From assembly GCA_026387835.1 (NCBI GenBank), contig JAPLKZ010000008.1, forward strand, positions 1 through 15,458: 15,458 bases of DNA, read 5' to 3'. Under the pieces are notes generated by a model. It was not told the DNA's origin and did not search any database. It was given only the letters and a program-made list of their open reading frames with translations. This stretch comes from Candidatus Saganbacteria bacterium. GTDB lineage: Bacteria > Margulisbacteria > WOR-1 > JAKLHX01. How positions within the stretch are numbered: position 1 is the first letter of the stretch; the number at the start of each line of letters is the position of its first letter. A program made the position numbers and the translations under genes. Below, piece by piece: positions 1 to 8,268 of this stretch.

Positions 1-169
1 CAAACACAAGGATCCCCCATCCTTTTCCGATCGTCCTGAACACATTGGTCGCGCCCGTGTTCCCGCTGCCGGCCTTTGTAATATCTATCCCTTTCATCCT
101 TGATATGACCAGTCCGAAGGGGACGGAACCGATAAGATATGACAGCGCAAGTATCAGAATGAACATCAT
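1..169 (-). CDS. plsY: Glycerol-3-phosphate acyltransferase PlsY, N-terminal part (runs off the left edge)
   Basis: Reverse-strand translation from ATG at 169 gives [56 protein letters not shown]; SYLIGSxPFG and GSGNxGATNVxR are PlsY signatures. Not in the supplied ORF track because it is truncated. Confidence 0.9.
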   Translation of the reverse strand, partial: MMFILILALSYLIGSVPFGLVISRMKGIDITKAGSGNTGATNVFRTIGKGWGILVF

Positions 170-217
170 ATTGACTATGATTATATCATTTTGTCCGGGA
201 ACGGGGCAGTAGCTGCC

Positions 218-246
218 TTGAACGGACACCCCCGATATTGTAAAAT
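218..246 (+). promoter_or_regulatory. Candidate sigma70-type promoter for efp cluster: TTGAAC (218-223) - 17 bp - TAAAAT (241-246)
   Basis: Near-consensus hexamers at optimal spacing in the plsY/efp divergent gap, followed by GGAG (269-272) 7 nt before the efp ATG. Confidence 0.6.
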
Positions 247-279
247 GATATTTATCCTGATGATAAACGGAGTTTATGC

Positions 280-840
280 ATGTCGATAGCGGTAACCGAG
301 CTCAGGCCGGGAATAACCATAGAACTTGAAGGCCAGATCTTTCAAGTCGTCGAGTATAACCATATAAAAATGGGCAGGGGAGGCGCGATAGTGCGCGTCA
401 AGATGAAAAACCTTGACACGGGGAACTCTATCGAAAGAACGTTCAAATCAAACGACAAGGTCGAAAGAGCCCATATCGAAAGAAAACAAATGCAGTTCCT
501 TTACAGCCAGGGCGGCCAGTACCACTTCATGGACCAGGTCACATACGACCAGATAGCCCTGACAGATGAACTGATGGGGGATGCACCAAAATATATAAGA
601 GAAGGTGATATCGTACAGGTGGTCATACATAATGAAAGAGTAATGGGAGTCGATCTGCCGTCGTCCGTGACGCTGAAGGTGACCGAGACGGGTTCAGGGT
701 TCAAAGGCGACAGCGTATCGAACATGATGAAGCCCGCGACGCTTGAGACGGGCCTGGTGACCCAGGTCCCGTTGTTCGTGAACGTCGAGAACTCTGTCGT
801 CGTGGATACGAGGACCGGAAAGTATGTCGAGCGAGCTTGA
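280..840 (+). CDS. efp: Elongation factor P
   Basis: 186 aa; [71 protein letters not shown] are EF-P signatures; GGAG RBS upstream. Confidence 0.97.
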   Translation: MSIAVTELRPGITIELEGQIFQVVEYNHIKMGRGGAIVRVKMKNLDTGNSIERTFKSNDKVERAHIERKQMQFLYSQGGQYHFMDQVTYDQIALTDELMGDAPKYIREGDIVQVVIHNERVMGVDLPSSVTLKVTETGSGFKGDSVSNMMKPATLETGLVTQVPLFVNVENSVVVDTRTGKYVERA

Positions 841-854
841 TAAAGGAGCATAAA

Positions 855-1301
855 ATGGATTACGAAACGATAAAAAAGATCATTAAGATAGCGGAAGAGT
901 CCGATATTTCCGGATTGAGCGTGGAAAAAGGGGATTTCAAGGTGGAAGTCAAAAGAGACAAAGGGCACCATCCCGTGCCGGTAGCCCCGGTACACCAGGT
1001 CGCGCATCCTGTCGAAGAAAAAGGCTCTTCGGCTAACCCAAAGCAAGCCGAAGAAGACGGTTTATTAGCGATAACATCTCCGATGGTAGGTACGTTTTAC
1101 AGGGCTTCATCTCCTGACAGTCCCCCGTATGTTGAGGTCGGCAGCGAGATAAACGAGGGGACGGTCGTCTGCATCATCGAGGCGATGAAGCTTTTTAATG
1201 AGATAGAGTCCGAAGTTTCGGGAAAAGTAGTGAAGATACTTGTCGAGAACGGGAAGCCGGTGGACTACGGCCAAAAACTGATGCTCATAAAAAAGAGATA
1301 A
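855..1301 (+). CDS. accB: Biotin carboxyl carrier protein of acetyl-CoA carboxylase
   Basis: Biotinylation motif [37 protein letters not shown]. The track starts at TTG 837; ATG 855 behind AAAGGAG is the better start. Confidence 0.94.
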   Translation: MDYETIKKIIKIAEESDISGLSVEKGDFKVEVKRDKGHHPVPVAPVHQVAHPVEEKGSSANPKQAEEDGLLAITSPMVGTFYRASSPDSPPYVEVGSEINEGTVVCIIEAMKLFNEIESEVSGKVVKILVENGKPVDYGQKLMLIKKR

Positions 1302-3007
1302 TGATGAGCATCCCCCAGCGTCAATGGCACTTTTATGAAAGCGATGATCTGTTGACGCAGGACATCTCAAAAGAATTCAATATCTCCTCGACCGTTTCAA
1401 GGGCTATCATCAACCGCGGGCTTAAAAAAAAAGAAGATATAAATGATTTCCTGAATCCCAGGCTTTCCTCTCTCAAGGACCCTTTTGAGATCCCGGGAAT
1501 GGCAAAGGCTGTCCAGAGGGTGCTTCTTGCCAGGGAAAGGAAGGAAAAGGTCCTGGTATTCGGGGATTATGACGTTGACGGTGTCACCGGCACATCTATA
1601 ATAGTCATTGCGCTTAAAAGGCTCGGGTTCGACCCGCTCTATTATATTCCTCACAGGTATGACGAGGGATACGGGATGAACATCGAAGCCGTCAATGAAT
1701 TCAAGAAGCAGGGCGTTAATCTAATAGTCACTGTCGATTGCGGGATAAGTAATTTCAAAGAGATAAAAACCGCGAACGAACTCGGCATGGAAGTCATCGT
1801 GACGGACCACCATAATATCCCTCTTGAACTGCCGCAGGCGCATGCCATTGTCAATCCGAAACAGATGCCTGAGGGCCATCCGTCACGCAACCTTTCCGGG
1901 GCCGGGGTCGCGTTCAAATTTATCTGGGCTGTCTACAGGAAAGCGGGCATTTCGGACACCGTATCGGTGAAAGAATTCCTCGATCTTGCCGCGCTTGGCA
2001 CAGTCGCTGATGTCGTGCCCCTTCTCGGGGAGAACAGGACGATAGCGGTGACCGGGATGAAGATCTTGAACGAAAAAAAACGGGTCGGAGTGAAACATCT
2101 TGTGGATACGGCCGGCATCTCCGGCAGAGTGACGGCGCGCAATATCTCTTTCATGCTCGCGCCGAGGCTGAACGCGCCCGGCAGGCTCCATCACGCGGAG
2201 CTGAGCATGAAACTCCTTCTGGAAGACAATCCGCAGAAAGCCCAGGCCCTGGCAGGAGAGATAAACAGGGTGAATGTCGAGCGCCAGCAGATCGGGGCCC
2301 TTATAGGGGAAGAGATCTTTTCAAGAATGGAGGACGCGGACGAAAAAAAACTGATACTCCTTGCCGGCAAGAACTGGCATCCGGGGGTTATCGGGATCGT
2401 GGCATCCAGGATATCAGAGCGGTTCAACCGGCCGACCATACTCATAAGCGAGGAAGGCGAATTCTGCAGGGGATCCGTAAGGAGCATAGAGGGTTTTGAC
2501 GTGTATGACCTTCTTCTTTCATGCAAAGACCTTTTTCTTGATTTCGGAGGGCACAAGGATGCAGCCGGGTTCGAGATGCTCTCAAAGGATATTCCCGAGC
2601 TTGAAGAAAGGCTGCGCAAAAAAATGGACGGCTGTATCGCCATCGAAAACCTTGTGCCCAGGACAAAGATAGACGCGGTCATACCGTCAAAAGACATCAC
2701 TTCCGTACTGGCGACAGAGCTTGAACAGCTTGAACCTTACGGCAGCGGCAATCCGGCTCCCGTCCTGCTTGCGAAAGGGTTAAAGATCGTGAACTGCAAG
2801 AGAGTGGGGCAGAGCGGAAACCACCTCAAGATAAAGCTGTCCGACGGCGGATCGGTCTTTGATTCGATCGGTTTTGACATGGGAGAGCTGGCGGGAGAGC
2901 TCGAGATCTCAAAGGAATACGATATTGCTTTCAATCTTTCCCTGAACGAATGGGACGGGTTCGAGTTCCCTCAGATGGAGATCGTGGACATGAGGAGACC
3001 TTTATAG
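1301..3007 (+). CDS. recJ: Single-stranded-DNA-specific exonuclease RecJ
   Basis: 568 aa; VFGDYDVDGVTGTSI, VTVDCGISN, VTDHHNIP, NPKQMPEGHPSRNLSGAGVAFK, GHKDAAGFEM. Start codon overlaps the accB stop (TAATG). Confidence 0.96.
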   Translation: MMSIPQRQWHFYESDDLLTQDISKEFNISSTVSRAIINRGLKKKEDINDFLNPRLSSLKDPFEIPGMAKAVQRVLLARERKEKVLVFGDYDVDGVTGTSIIVIALKRLGFDPLYYIPHRYDEGYGMNIEAVNEFKKQGVNLIVTVDCGISNFKEIKTANELGMEVIVTDHHNIPLELPQAHAIVNPKQMPEGHPSRNLSGAGVAFKFIWAVYRKAGISDTVSVKEFLDLAALGTVADVVPLLGENRTIAVTGMKILNEKKRVGVKHLVDTAGISGRVTARNISFMLAPRLNAPGRLHHAELSMKLLLEDNPQKAQALAGEINRVNVERQQIGALIGEEIFSRMEDADEKKLILLAGKNWHPGVIGIVASRISERFNRPTILISEEGEFCRGSVRSIEGFDVYDLLLSCKDLFLDFGGHKDAAGFEMLSKDIPELEERLRKKMDGCIAIENLVPRTKIDAVIPSKDITSVLATELEQLEPYGSGNPAPVLLAKGLKIVNCKRVGQSGNHLKIKLSDGGSVFDSIGFDMGELAGELEISKEYDIAFNLSLNEWDGFEFPQMEIVDMRRPL

Positions 3008-4270
3008 ATGAAGATACTTGTAATAGGGTCGGGCGGCCGCGAATCGGCATTGTGCCGGAAGATAAGTCAGAGCCCGAAGTGTTCGAAGCTGTTTTGCGCT
3101 CCGGGCAACGCAGGTATCTCAAAATATGCTGAGCTGGTCCCGGCATCAAAGATAGATGGGATCATTAATTTTGTCAAAGAGAACAGGATAGACCTGACGG
3201 TAGTAGGACCTGAACAGCCTCTGGTAGACGGGATAGTCGATGCTTTTGAAAAAGAGGGCTTGAGGATCTTCGGGCCATCGGCAAAAGCTGCCAGGATAGA
3301 AGGAAGCAAGATCTTTTCGAAAGACCTGATGAAAAAATACGGGATACCCACAGCATATTACGAGCAATTTTTAGATTCAAACAAAGCGATCATTTTTTTA
3401 AAAGGCAAAAAATATCCTGTCGTGATCAAGGCTGACGGGCTTGCCGCGGGCAAAGGTGTCATCATCGCGCAGGCGCAGGCGGAGGCGGAGGGCGCGATAA
3501 GATCGATGCTGGATGACAAGCAGTTCGGTGAAGCGGGCAAAAAGATAATCATAGAAGAATTCCTCGAAGGCGAAGAAGCTTCCATCCTCTGTTTCACGGA
3601 TGGAAAGACGATCGTCCCCATGGAATCATCCCAGGACCACAAAAGAATACTTGACAATGATGAAGGGCCAAATACCGGCGGGATGGGGGCGTACAGTCCC
3701 GCTCCGGTCGTGACGGCGGAACTTCTGAAAAAAGTTGAAAAAGAGATACTTTATCCGACCATAAGGGCCATGGAAAAAGAAGAAAGTTTTTATAAAGGGA
3801 TCCTGTACGCGGGATTGATGATCACAAAGGACGGGCCTAAAGTCCTGGAATATAACGCGAGGTTCGGCGACCCGGAAACACAGGCTGTCTTGCCGAGGCT
3901 AAAGACGGACCTGATAGATATCATGGAAGCGATCATTGACGGGCATCTGGATAAAATAAAGATCGAATGGGACAAAAAAGCTGCTGTGTGTATCGTACTT
4001 GCTTCAGGAGGATACCCCGGAGATTATAAAAAAGGATATGTGATAGAAGGTCTTGATGAAGCTGAAAAACTAAATGATGTCACCATCTTTCATGCAGGCA
4101 CTTCTCTTGCGGGTTGTGATATCGTCACGTCAGGCGGAAGGGTCCTGGGTGTTACAGCGCTCGGTATATCTGTTAAAGAAGCGATCGACCGCGCTTACGC
4201 TGCTGTCTCGAAAATAAAATTCAAGGACATGCATTACAGGAAGGATATTGGGAAGAAAGCGCTAAAATAA
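3008..4270 (+). CDS. purD: Phosphoribosylamine--glycine ligase
   Basis: 420 aa; MKILVIGSGGRESAL, FCAPGNAG, VVGPEQPLVDGIVDAF, VIKADGLAAGKGV, DEGPNTGGMGAYSPAP, YNARFGDPETQ. Confidence 0.97.
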   Translation: MKILVIGSGGRESALCRKISQSPKCSKLFCAPGNAGISKYAELVPASKIDGIINFVKENRIDLTVVGPEQPLVDGIVDAFEKEGLRIFGPSAKAARIEGSKIFSKDLMKKYGIPTAYYEQFLDSNKAIIFLKGKKYPVVIKADGLAAGKGVIIAQAQAEAEGAIRSMLDDKQFGEAGKKIIIEEFLEGEEASILCFTDGKTIVPMESSQDHKRILDNDEGPNTGGMGAYSPAPVVTAELLKKVEKEILYPTIRAMEKEESFYKGILYAGLMITKDGPKVLEYNARFGDPETQAVLPRLKTDLIDIMEAIIDGHLDKIKIEWDKKAAVCIVLASGGYPGDYKKGYVIEGLDEAEKLNDVTIFHAGTSLAGCDIVTSGGRVLGVTALGISVKEAIDRAYAAVSKIKFKDMHYRKDIGKKALK

Positions 4271-4330
4271 CTCACCCCCGCCCCCTCTCTTGACAAGAGA
4301 GGGGTGCCGAACGGAGTGAGGCGGGGTGAG
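4271..4330. repeat. Palindromic intergenic element between purD and rdgB
   Basis: Outer arms CTCACCCCCGCC (4271-4282) / GGCGGGGTGAG (4320-4330), one-base bulge; inner perfect 10-bp arms CCCCTCTCTT (4282-4291) / AAGAGAGGGG (4295-4304); followed by TTTT. Confidence 0.8.
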
Positions 4331-4338
4331 TTTTAATA

Positions 4339-4941
4339 ATGAAAATAATCTTAGCCACCAACAATAAAAACAAAGTCAAAGAAATAAAAAAAATCCTGAA
4401 TATCAAAGGCGTAAAGGTGCTTTCGCTTTCTGATTTTCCGCAAAAGATAACAGTCGTCGAGGACGGCAGGACTTTTGAGGAAAATGCGGTCAAAAAAGCA
4501 ACAGCAACGGCAAAAAAGTTAAAGACAATTACGATCGCCGATGACAGCGGGTTGTGTGTCGACGCTCTTAAAGGACTTCCCGGGGTCAGGTCGGCAAGGT
4601 ATGTCAAACCTCCTGTCACTGCCGAGAGGTTATGCGCTAAGCTGCTTAAAGAAATGGATGAAGTGAAGCCGAGCGAAAGAAAAGCAATGTTCGTCTGTTC
4701 AGTAGCTATCGCAAGTATTTCAGGTAAGGTCAGGACCGTCAAAGGGATATGCAGAGGAATTATATCTGATAAAATGAACGGCAGCCGCGGTTTCGGCTAT
4801 GACCCTGTGTTCATTCCTGACGGCTATAATAAAACATTCGCGCAGATGACCACTGCGCAAAAAAACAGATTAAGCCACAGGGGAAAGGCGTTCAGGGCTG
4901 CGAGGAAGATGATAAAGATGATGGTTGCCGGTCACCAGTAG
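4339..4941 (+). CDS. rdgB: XTP/dITP diphosphatase (RdgB/HAM1 family)
   Basis: 200 aa; MKIILATNNKNKVKEIKKIL, TFEENAVKKA, ADDSGLCVDALKGLPGVRSARY, GFGYDPVFIP, KNRLSHRGKA. Confidence 0.95.
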   Translation: MKIILATNNKNKVKEIKKILNIKGVKVLSLSDFPQKITVVEDGRTFEENAVKKATATAKKLKTITIADDSGLCVDALKGLPGVRSARYVKPPVTAERLCAKLLKEMDEVKPSERKAMFVCSVAIASISGKVRTVKGICRGIISDKMNGSRGFGYDPVFIPDGYNKTFAQMTTAQKNRLSHRGKAFRAARKMIKMMVAGHQ

Positions 4942-5084
4942 CCTATTCTGTCACTTCGTGACATCACCTGTTCTCTCTCGCCTCGAGGACGAACCCTTTC
5001 GATGAAAAGTCGAAAGCGGAGATATTCTGACCCGAAATCCTGTAAGTCATATCGGATTATTATATAATAAGGATATAAATACGC

Positions 5085-5158
5085 CGGGGAGTAGCGCAGC
5101 TTGGTAGCGCACCTGGTTTGGGACCAGGGGGTCGCAGGTTCAAATCCTGTCTCCCCGA
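5085..5158 (+). tRNA. tRNA-Pro(TGG)
   Basis: Acceptor CGGGGAG/CTCCCCG, anticodon arm cctgg-TTTGGGA-ccagg, T-arm gcaggTTCAAATcctgt; no encoded CCA. Confidence 0.95.
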
Positions 5159-5164
5159 TGTGAT

Positions 5165-5238
5165 CGGGCCGTGGCGCAGCTTGGTAGCGCGCACGCTTGG
5201 GGTGCGTGAGGTCATGGGTTCAAATCCCGTCGGCCCGA
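5165..5238 (+). tRNA. tRNA-Pro(GGG)
   Basis: Acceptor CGGGCCG/CGGCCCG, anticodon arm cacgc-TTGGGGT-gcgtg, GGTTCAAATCC T-arm; no encoded CCA. Confidence 0.95.
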
Positions 5239-5257
5239 TGTTATAATCTTCGAGTGT

Positions 5258-5330
<73 letters not shown>

Positions 5331-5343
5331 CGTTTAGTATTAT

Positions 5344-5417
5344 GTCCCCGTAGCTCAGCTGGATAGAGCAACAGCCTTCTAAGCTGTAGGCCGAGCGTTC
5401 GAATCGCTCCGGGGACG
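5344..5417 (+). tRNA. tRNA-Arg(TCT)
   Basis: Acceptor GTCCCCG/CGGGGAC, anticodon arm acagc-CTTCTAA-gctgt, GTTCGAATC T-loop; no encoded CCA. Confidence 0.95.
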
Positions 5418-5484
5418 TAAATAAAACCTCTGAAATTCATCCTCTTTATTACCGATAATCAAGCAGAAGGTAATAAATCTTATA

Positions 5485-7275
5485 ATGGCTACATTTCGTA
5501 AAAATAACATAAATCCTGTTTCGCTTGCCCGTCAGATAGAGAGTTCAAGATATCGAAACGTAAGATCTTTTCGCGAATTTTGTGGAGGGATGCCGATAAT
5601 ATTGAGAGGACGAGATCGTTTACTGGGGCAGGCAGTCATCATAGACGCGCTTTTTCCCAAAGGTCTGGCAGCAGGCAACATGCCCGTACAGATAAGCGCA
5701 ATCAAAATATCGCAGATGACCCTGGAGAAGAACGGCTGGTTTCACACTCTTGCAAGACCTTCATCAAGATTACCCTATAATTTTTTCAGGTTAACTGGAC
5801 TAAACAATGATAATCTCCTTTTCGCGCCTGAGATCGATGATGTCACGCCTCATCTGGAGAGTTTCCTGTCAAACGCCACACTGGTAGGATTCGGGATAAC
5901 GCCTGTTGTCGATTTTCTTTCGACTTTTCTGCCGGATATCAAAACGCGTTCCTGCATCGATCTTAAAAATAATATGATACGGACGGGCGTAAGCACGGGT
6001 AACATCTCTCTTGAAGCTTTTGCAAGCGCTCATGGCTTTAGAGCGGGGCTGGACATCTCCAGATCATCAATGTCCAGAGCCAGCCTGATATTCCAGATAC
6101 TCTGCCACCTGACGGGGAAAAAAGAATCACTTTTGGAAATGAACGGTTCGGTTATGCTTTCTCCGATGCGCGAAAACGGGACCCGGTCCATTCCGGGATC
6201 AAATTATGAATTCATAGATATCAGGTCCCCTGAAACAGAGGTTCTTTTAACGGACCTGAAATGGCTGATGGTAAAAAGCTTAACAAGCATATTTGCAAAA
6301 AACGGGACTGACAGAGAGGATAAAGATATGCCCGGCTTGTTTTCTGCTATTAAGACGGCATATCCTTCCGGAGGCTGGAAACCGGATTCCGCTAAGCTGC
6401 GTCTGAGTTTGTCCAAATACTTCAGGAAGCTCCGTGTTGGAAAAGAAACGGCGGATGGGATTGTCGGCCGCCTTGCCGGGATGGCGGAAAAAGGAGAACC
6501 GCGTTTCCTGATCTGCTGGGAGATCTGTAAGGAGGCCTTAAAACGCTATTTCCCGTCCAGAAAAGGTGTAAGGGATAAATCTTTATATAAAGAATTCGCT
6601 AAAATCGCTTTTTTAAACTCCCTGTTCTGGCACCTGACATTCGGAGAGACAGAAGAATGCCGTAGCCGTCTTCAGGAATTCTACAGGTCCAAATGGAAAG
6701 ATTATGCCCGCGAACTTCAGGATACAGAAGAGCTGACAAAGGTCAGGACGTCTTTGGCGAGCCACGAAAGAGGTCTCAGCGATTTCCGCCTGCAGGAAAT
6801 GGGAAAATATTGCGAGCGGTATCTGCTCGATGAAGAGCAGGCGATCATCATCGCCAGGACCAGGGAACGGGCGCTGAGACTTAATGAAATTTTATCAGGA
6901 AAGGGCGTCAGATGCGGCACGGTCTATTCAAGGGACAATCACGGAGAAATAAAGAGTTTTACCCCTCACCAGAGAGATGTGGCGGTACGCTCACTGCACG
7001 ATCACAATATCAAGATCTTAATATGCGAGGAGGGATCGCTGCCTAATCTTCTGGGGGTCCCTGTCAGGAAGATGCTTTTTGAGACGGTTCCGTTAAGGCC
7101 CAGTATTATGCGGACGATAAAAGAGTCCGTTTGCCGTGACGCTGATATCCATTTTCTTGTCGGTAGCAACGATACTGAACGGGCAATGCGCGAACGTTTT
7201 GAAGGATACCTTGATCAGTTGAACACCCCACCCGCACCCAGGGAAGCAAGGCTTCCTTATAAAGACCAAGAATAA
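5485..7275 (+). CDS. Uncharacterised 596-aa protein; possible degenerate DEDDh (DnaQ/DinG-type) exonuclease-like N-terminus and degenerate SF2 helicase C-terminal-like domain
   Basis: Long open frame. N-term VIIDALFPKG..VQISAIKIS..LLFAPEIDDVTPHLESFLSNATLVGFGITPVVDFLSTFLPDIKTRSCIDL..SLEAFASAHGF parallels DEDDh exonucleases. C-term EEQAIIIARTRERALRLNEILSGKGVRCGTVYS..IKILICEEGSLPNLLGVPVRKMLFETVPLRPSIMRTIKESVCRDADIHFLVGSNDTERA parallels SF2/Hef-type helicase C domains. CDS call is strong; domain call is by eye. Confidence 0.6.
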   Translation: MATFRKNNINPVSLARQIESSRYRNVRSFREFCGGMPIILRGRDRLLGQAVIIDALFPKGLAAGNMPVQISAIKISQMTLEKNGWFHTLARPSSRLPYNFFRLTGLNNDNLLFAPEIDDVTPHLESFLSNATLVGFGITPVVDFLSTFLPDIKTRSCIDLKNNMIRTGVSTGNISLEAFASAHGFRAGLDISRSSMSRASLIFQILCHLTGKKESLLEMNGSVMLSPMRENGTRSIPGSNYEFIDIRSPETEVLLTDLKWLMVKSLTSIFAKNGTDREDKDMPGLFSAIKTAYPSGGWKPDSAKLRLSLSKYFRKLRVGKETADGIVGRLAGMAEKGEPRFLICWEICKEALKRYFPSRKGVRDKSLYKEFAKIAFLNSLFWHLTFGETEECRSRLQEFYRSKWKDYARELQDTEELTKVRTSLASHERGLSDFRLQEMGKYCERYLLDEEQAIIIARTRERALRLNEILSGKGVRCGTVYSRDNHGEIKSFTPHQRDVAVRSLHDHNIKILICEEGSLPNLLGVPVRKMLFETVPLRPSIMRTIKESVCRDADIHFLVGSNDTERAMRERFEGYLDQLNTPPAPREARLPYKDQE

Positions 7276-7338
7276 TAATCCCCGTGATATAATTGATACT
7301 GTCTTAATTCATATTTGTAGAGCCGCATATCCATTCAT

Positions 7339-7413
7339 GGTGGCTATAGTGTAACGGTAGCACGAAGGGTTGTGGTCCCTTTAGTCCGGGTTCAAATCCC
7401 GATAGCCACCCCA
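7339..7413 (+). tRNA. tRNA-His(GTG), with encoded G-1 and CCA
   Basis: GTGGCTA/TAGCCAC acceptor, G at -1 opposite discriminator C, anticodon arm aaggg-TTGTGGT-ccctt, T-loop TTCAAAT, CCA at 7411-7413. Confidence 0.95.
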
Positions 7414-7444
7414 TCAATTTACTAAGCGAATATCAGGCGGTTTC

Positions 7445-7453
7445 TGCTAAAAT
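7445..7453 (+). promoter_or_regulatory. Candidate extended -10 promoter TGCTAAAAT
   Basis: TGn-TAAAAT ending 6 nt before the ATG at 7460; no good -35 and no Shine-Dalgarno seen. Confidence 0.4.
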
Positions 7454-7459
7454 ATAGCC

Positions 7460-8224
7460 ATGGTCAGAACCCTAAAGCTTCGAATATTTGTATCAGTCTT
7501 TATACTTGTATTTTTCTTTTCACCGGCGTTTGCCAAGCCGCATGCCGTTTTTCAGCATTCACTGTTAAATTCCCTGATGGCAGGTGTCTATAAAGGCGAC
7601 ATGAAGGTATCAGAGCTTCTTAAATACGGAGATTTCGGCGTGGGCACTTTTGACCGTCTTGACGGCGAAATGATCATCGTTGACGGGAAAATCTACCAGG
7701 TAAGAAGTGACGGCAACGTGATAGAGCGGCACGGCGATGCTAAAGTGCCTTTTGCGCAGGTGTGTTCATTCAAGCCGCAGGAAAGCTTTGCCATTTCAAA
7801 TATCCCTTCGTTAGAAAGCGTAAAAACACTAATATGGTCAAAACTCAATTCAAAAAATCTTATTTACGCAATAAAAATAAAGGGCAGGTTCAATTATGTA
7901 AAAACACGAAGCGTTCCGAAGCAATCTGAACCATACCGTCCTCTGGCTGAGATAATAAAGAAACAGTCGGTTTTTGAGTTTAGTGCAGTTGAAGGGCAGG
8001 TTATAGGGTTCTGGCTGCCTGACTTTATCAAGGGTATTAATGCTCCGGGATTTCATTTCCATTTTTTAAATAAAGAGTTGACGGCCGGAGGTCATGTCAT
8101 AGAAATGAGCGTTGCCAGTGCGGAAGTCATGTTAGACGATATATATAAATATAATTTGGAATTTCCCAGGGAGAGCAGCTTCCTCAACAAAGACCTTTCC
8201 GGGGACCTTCAATATAAACCGTAA
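7460..8224 (+). CDS. budA: Alpha-acetolactate decarboxylase, predicted exported
   Basis: 254 aa; hydrophobic signal peptide MVRTLKLRIFVSVFILVFFFSPAFA; FQHSLLNSLMAGVYKGDMKVSELLKYGDFGVGTFDRLDGEMI, YAIKIKGRFNYVKTRSVPKQ, GINAPGFHFHFLNKELTAGGHV (metal-binding His cluster). Confidence 0.92.
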   Translation: MVRTLKLRIFVSVFILVFFFSPAFAKPHAVFQHSLLNSLMAGVYKGDMKVSELLKYGDFGVGTFDRLDGEMIIVDGKIYQVRSDGNVIERHGDAKVPFAQVCSFKPQESFAISNIPSLESVKTLIWSKLNSKNLIYAIKIKGRFNYVKTRSVPKQSEPYRPLAEIIKKQSVFEFSAVEGQVIGFWLPDFIKGINAPGFHFHFLNKELTAGGHVIEMSVASAEVMLDDIYKYNLEFPRESSFLNKDLSGDLQYKP

Positions 8225-8268
8225 GGACCTGCATATAAGCTATCGCGTTTAAACACTCTGTTGATAGA

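Noticed and set aside
4272-4742. Minus-strand 156-aa ORF
   Set aside because: It overlaps rdgB in antisense and starts inside the palindromic element; low-complexity Leu/Ser/Phe translation with no family match.
4949-5016. Hairpins TGTCAC-TTC-GTGACA (4949-4963) and CTTTCGA-N7-TCGAAAG (4996-5016) after rdgB, considered as terminator or ncRNA
   Set aside because: Short stems without a U tract and no further structure; insufficient to call a feature without RNA-seq or comparison.
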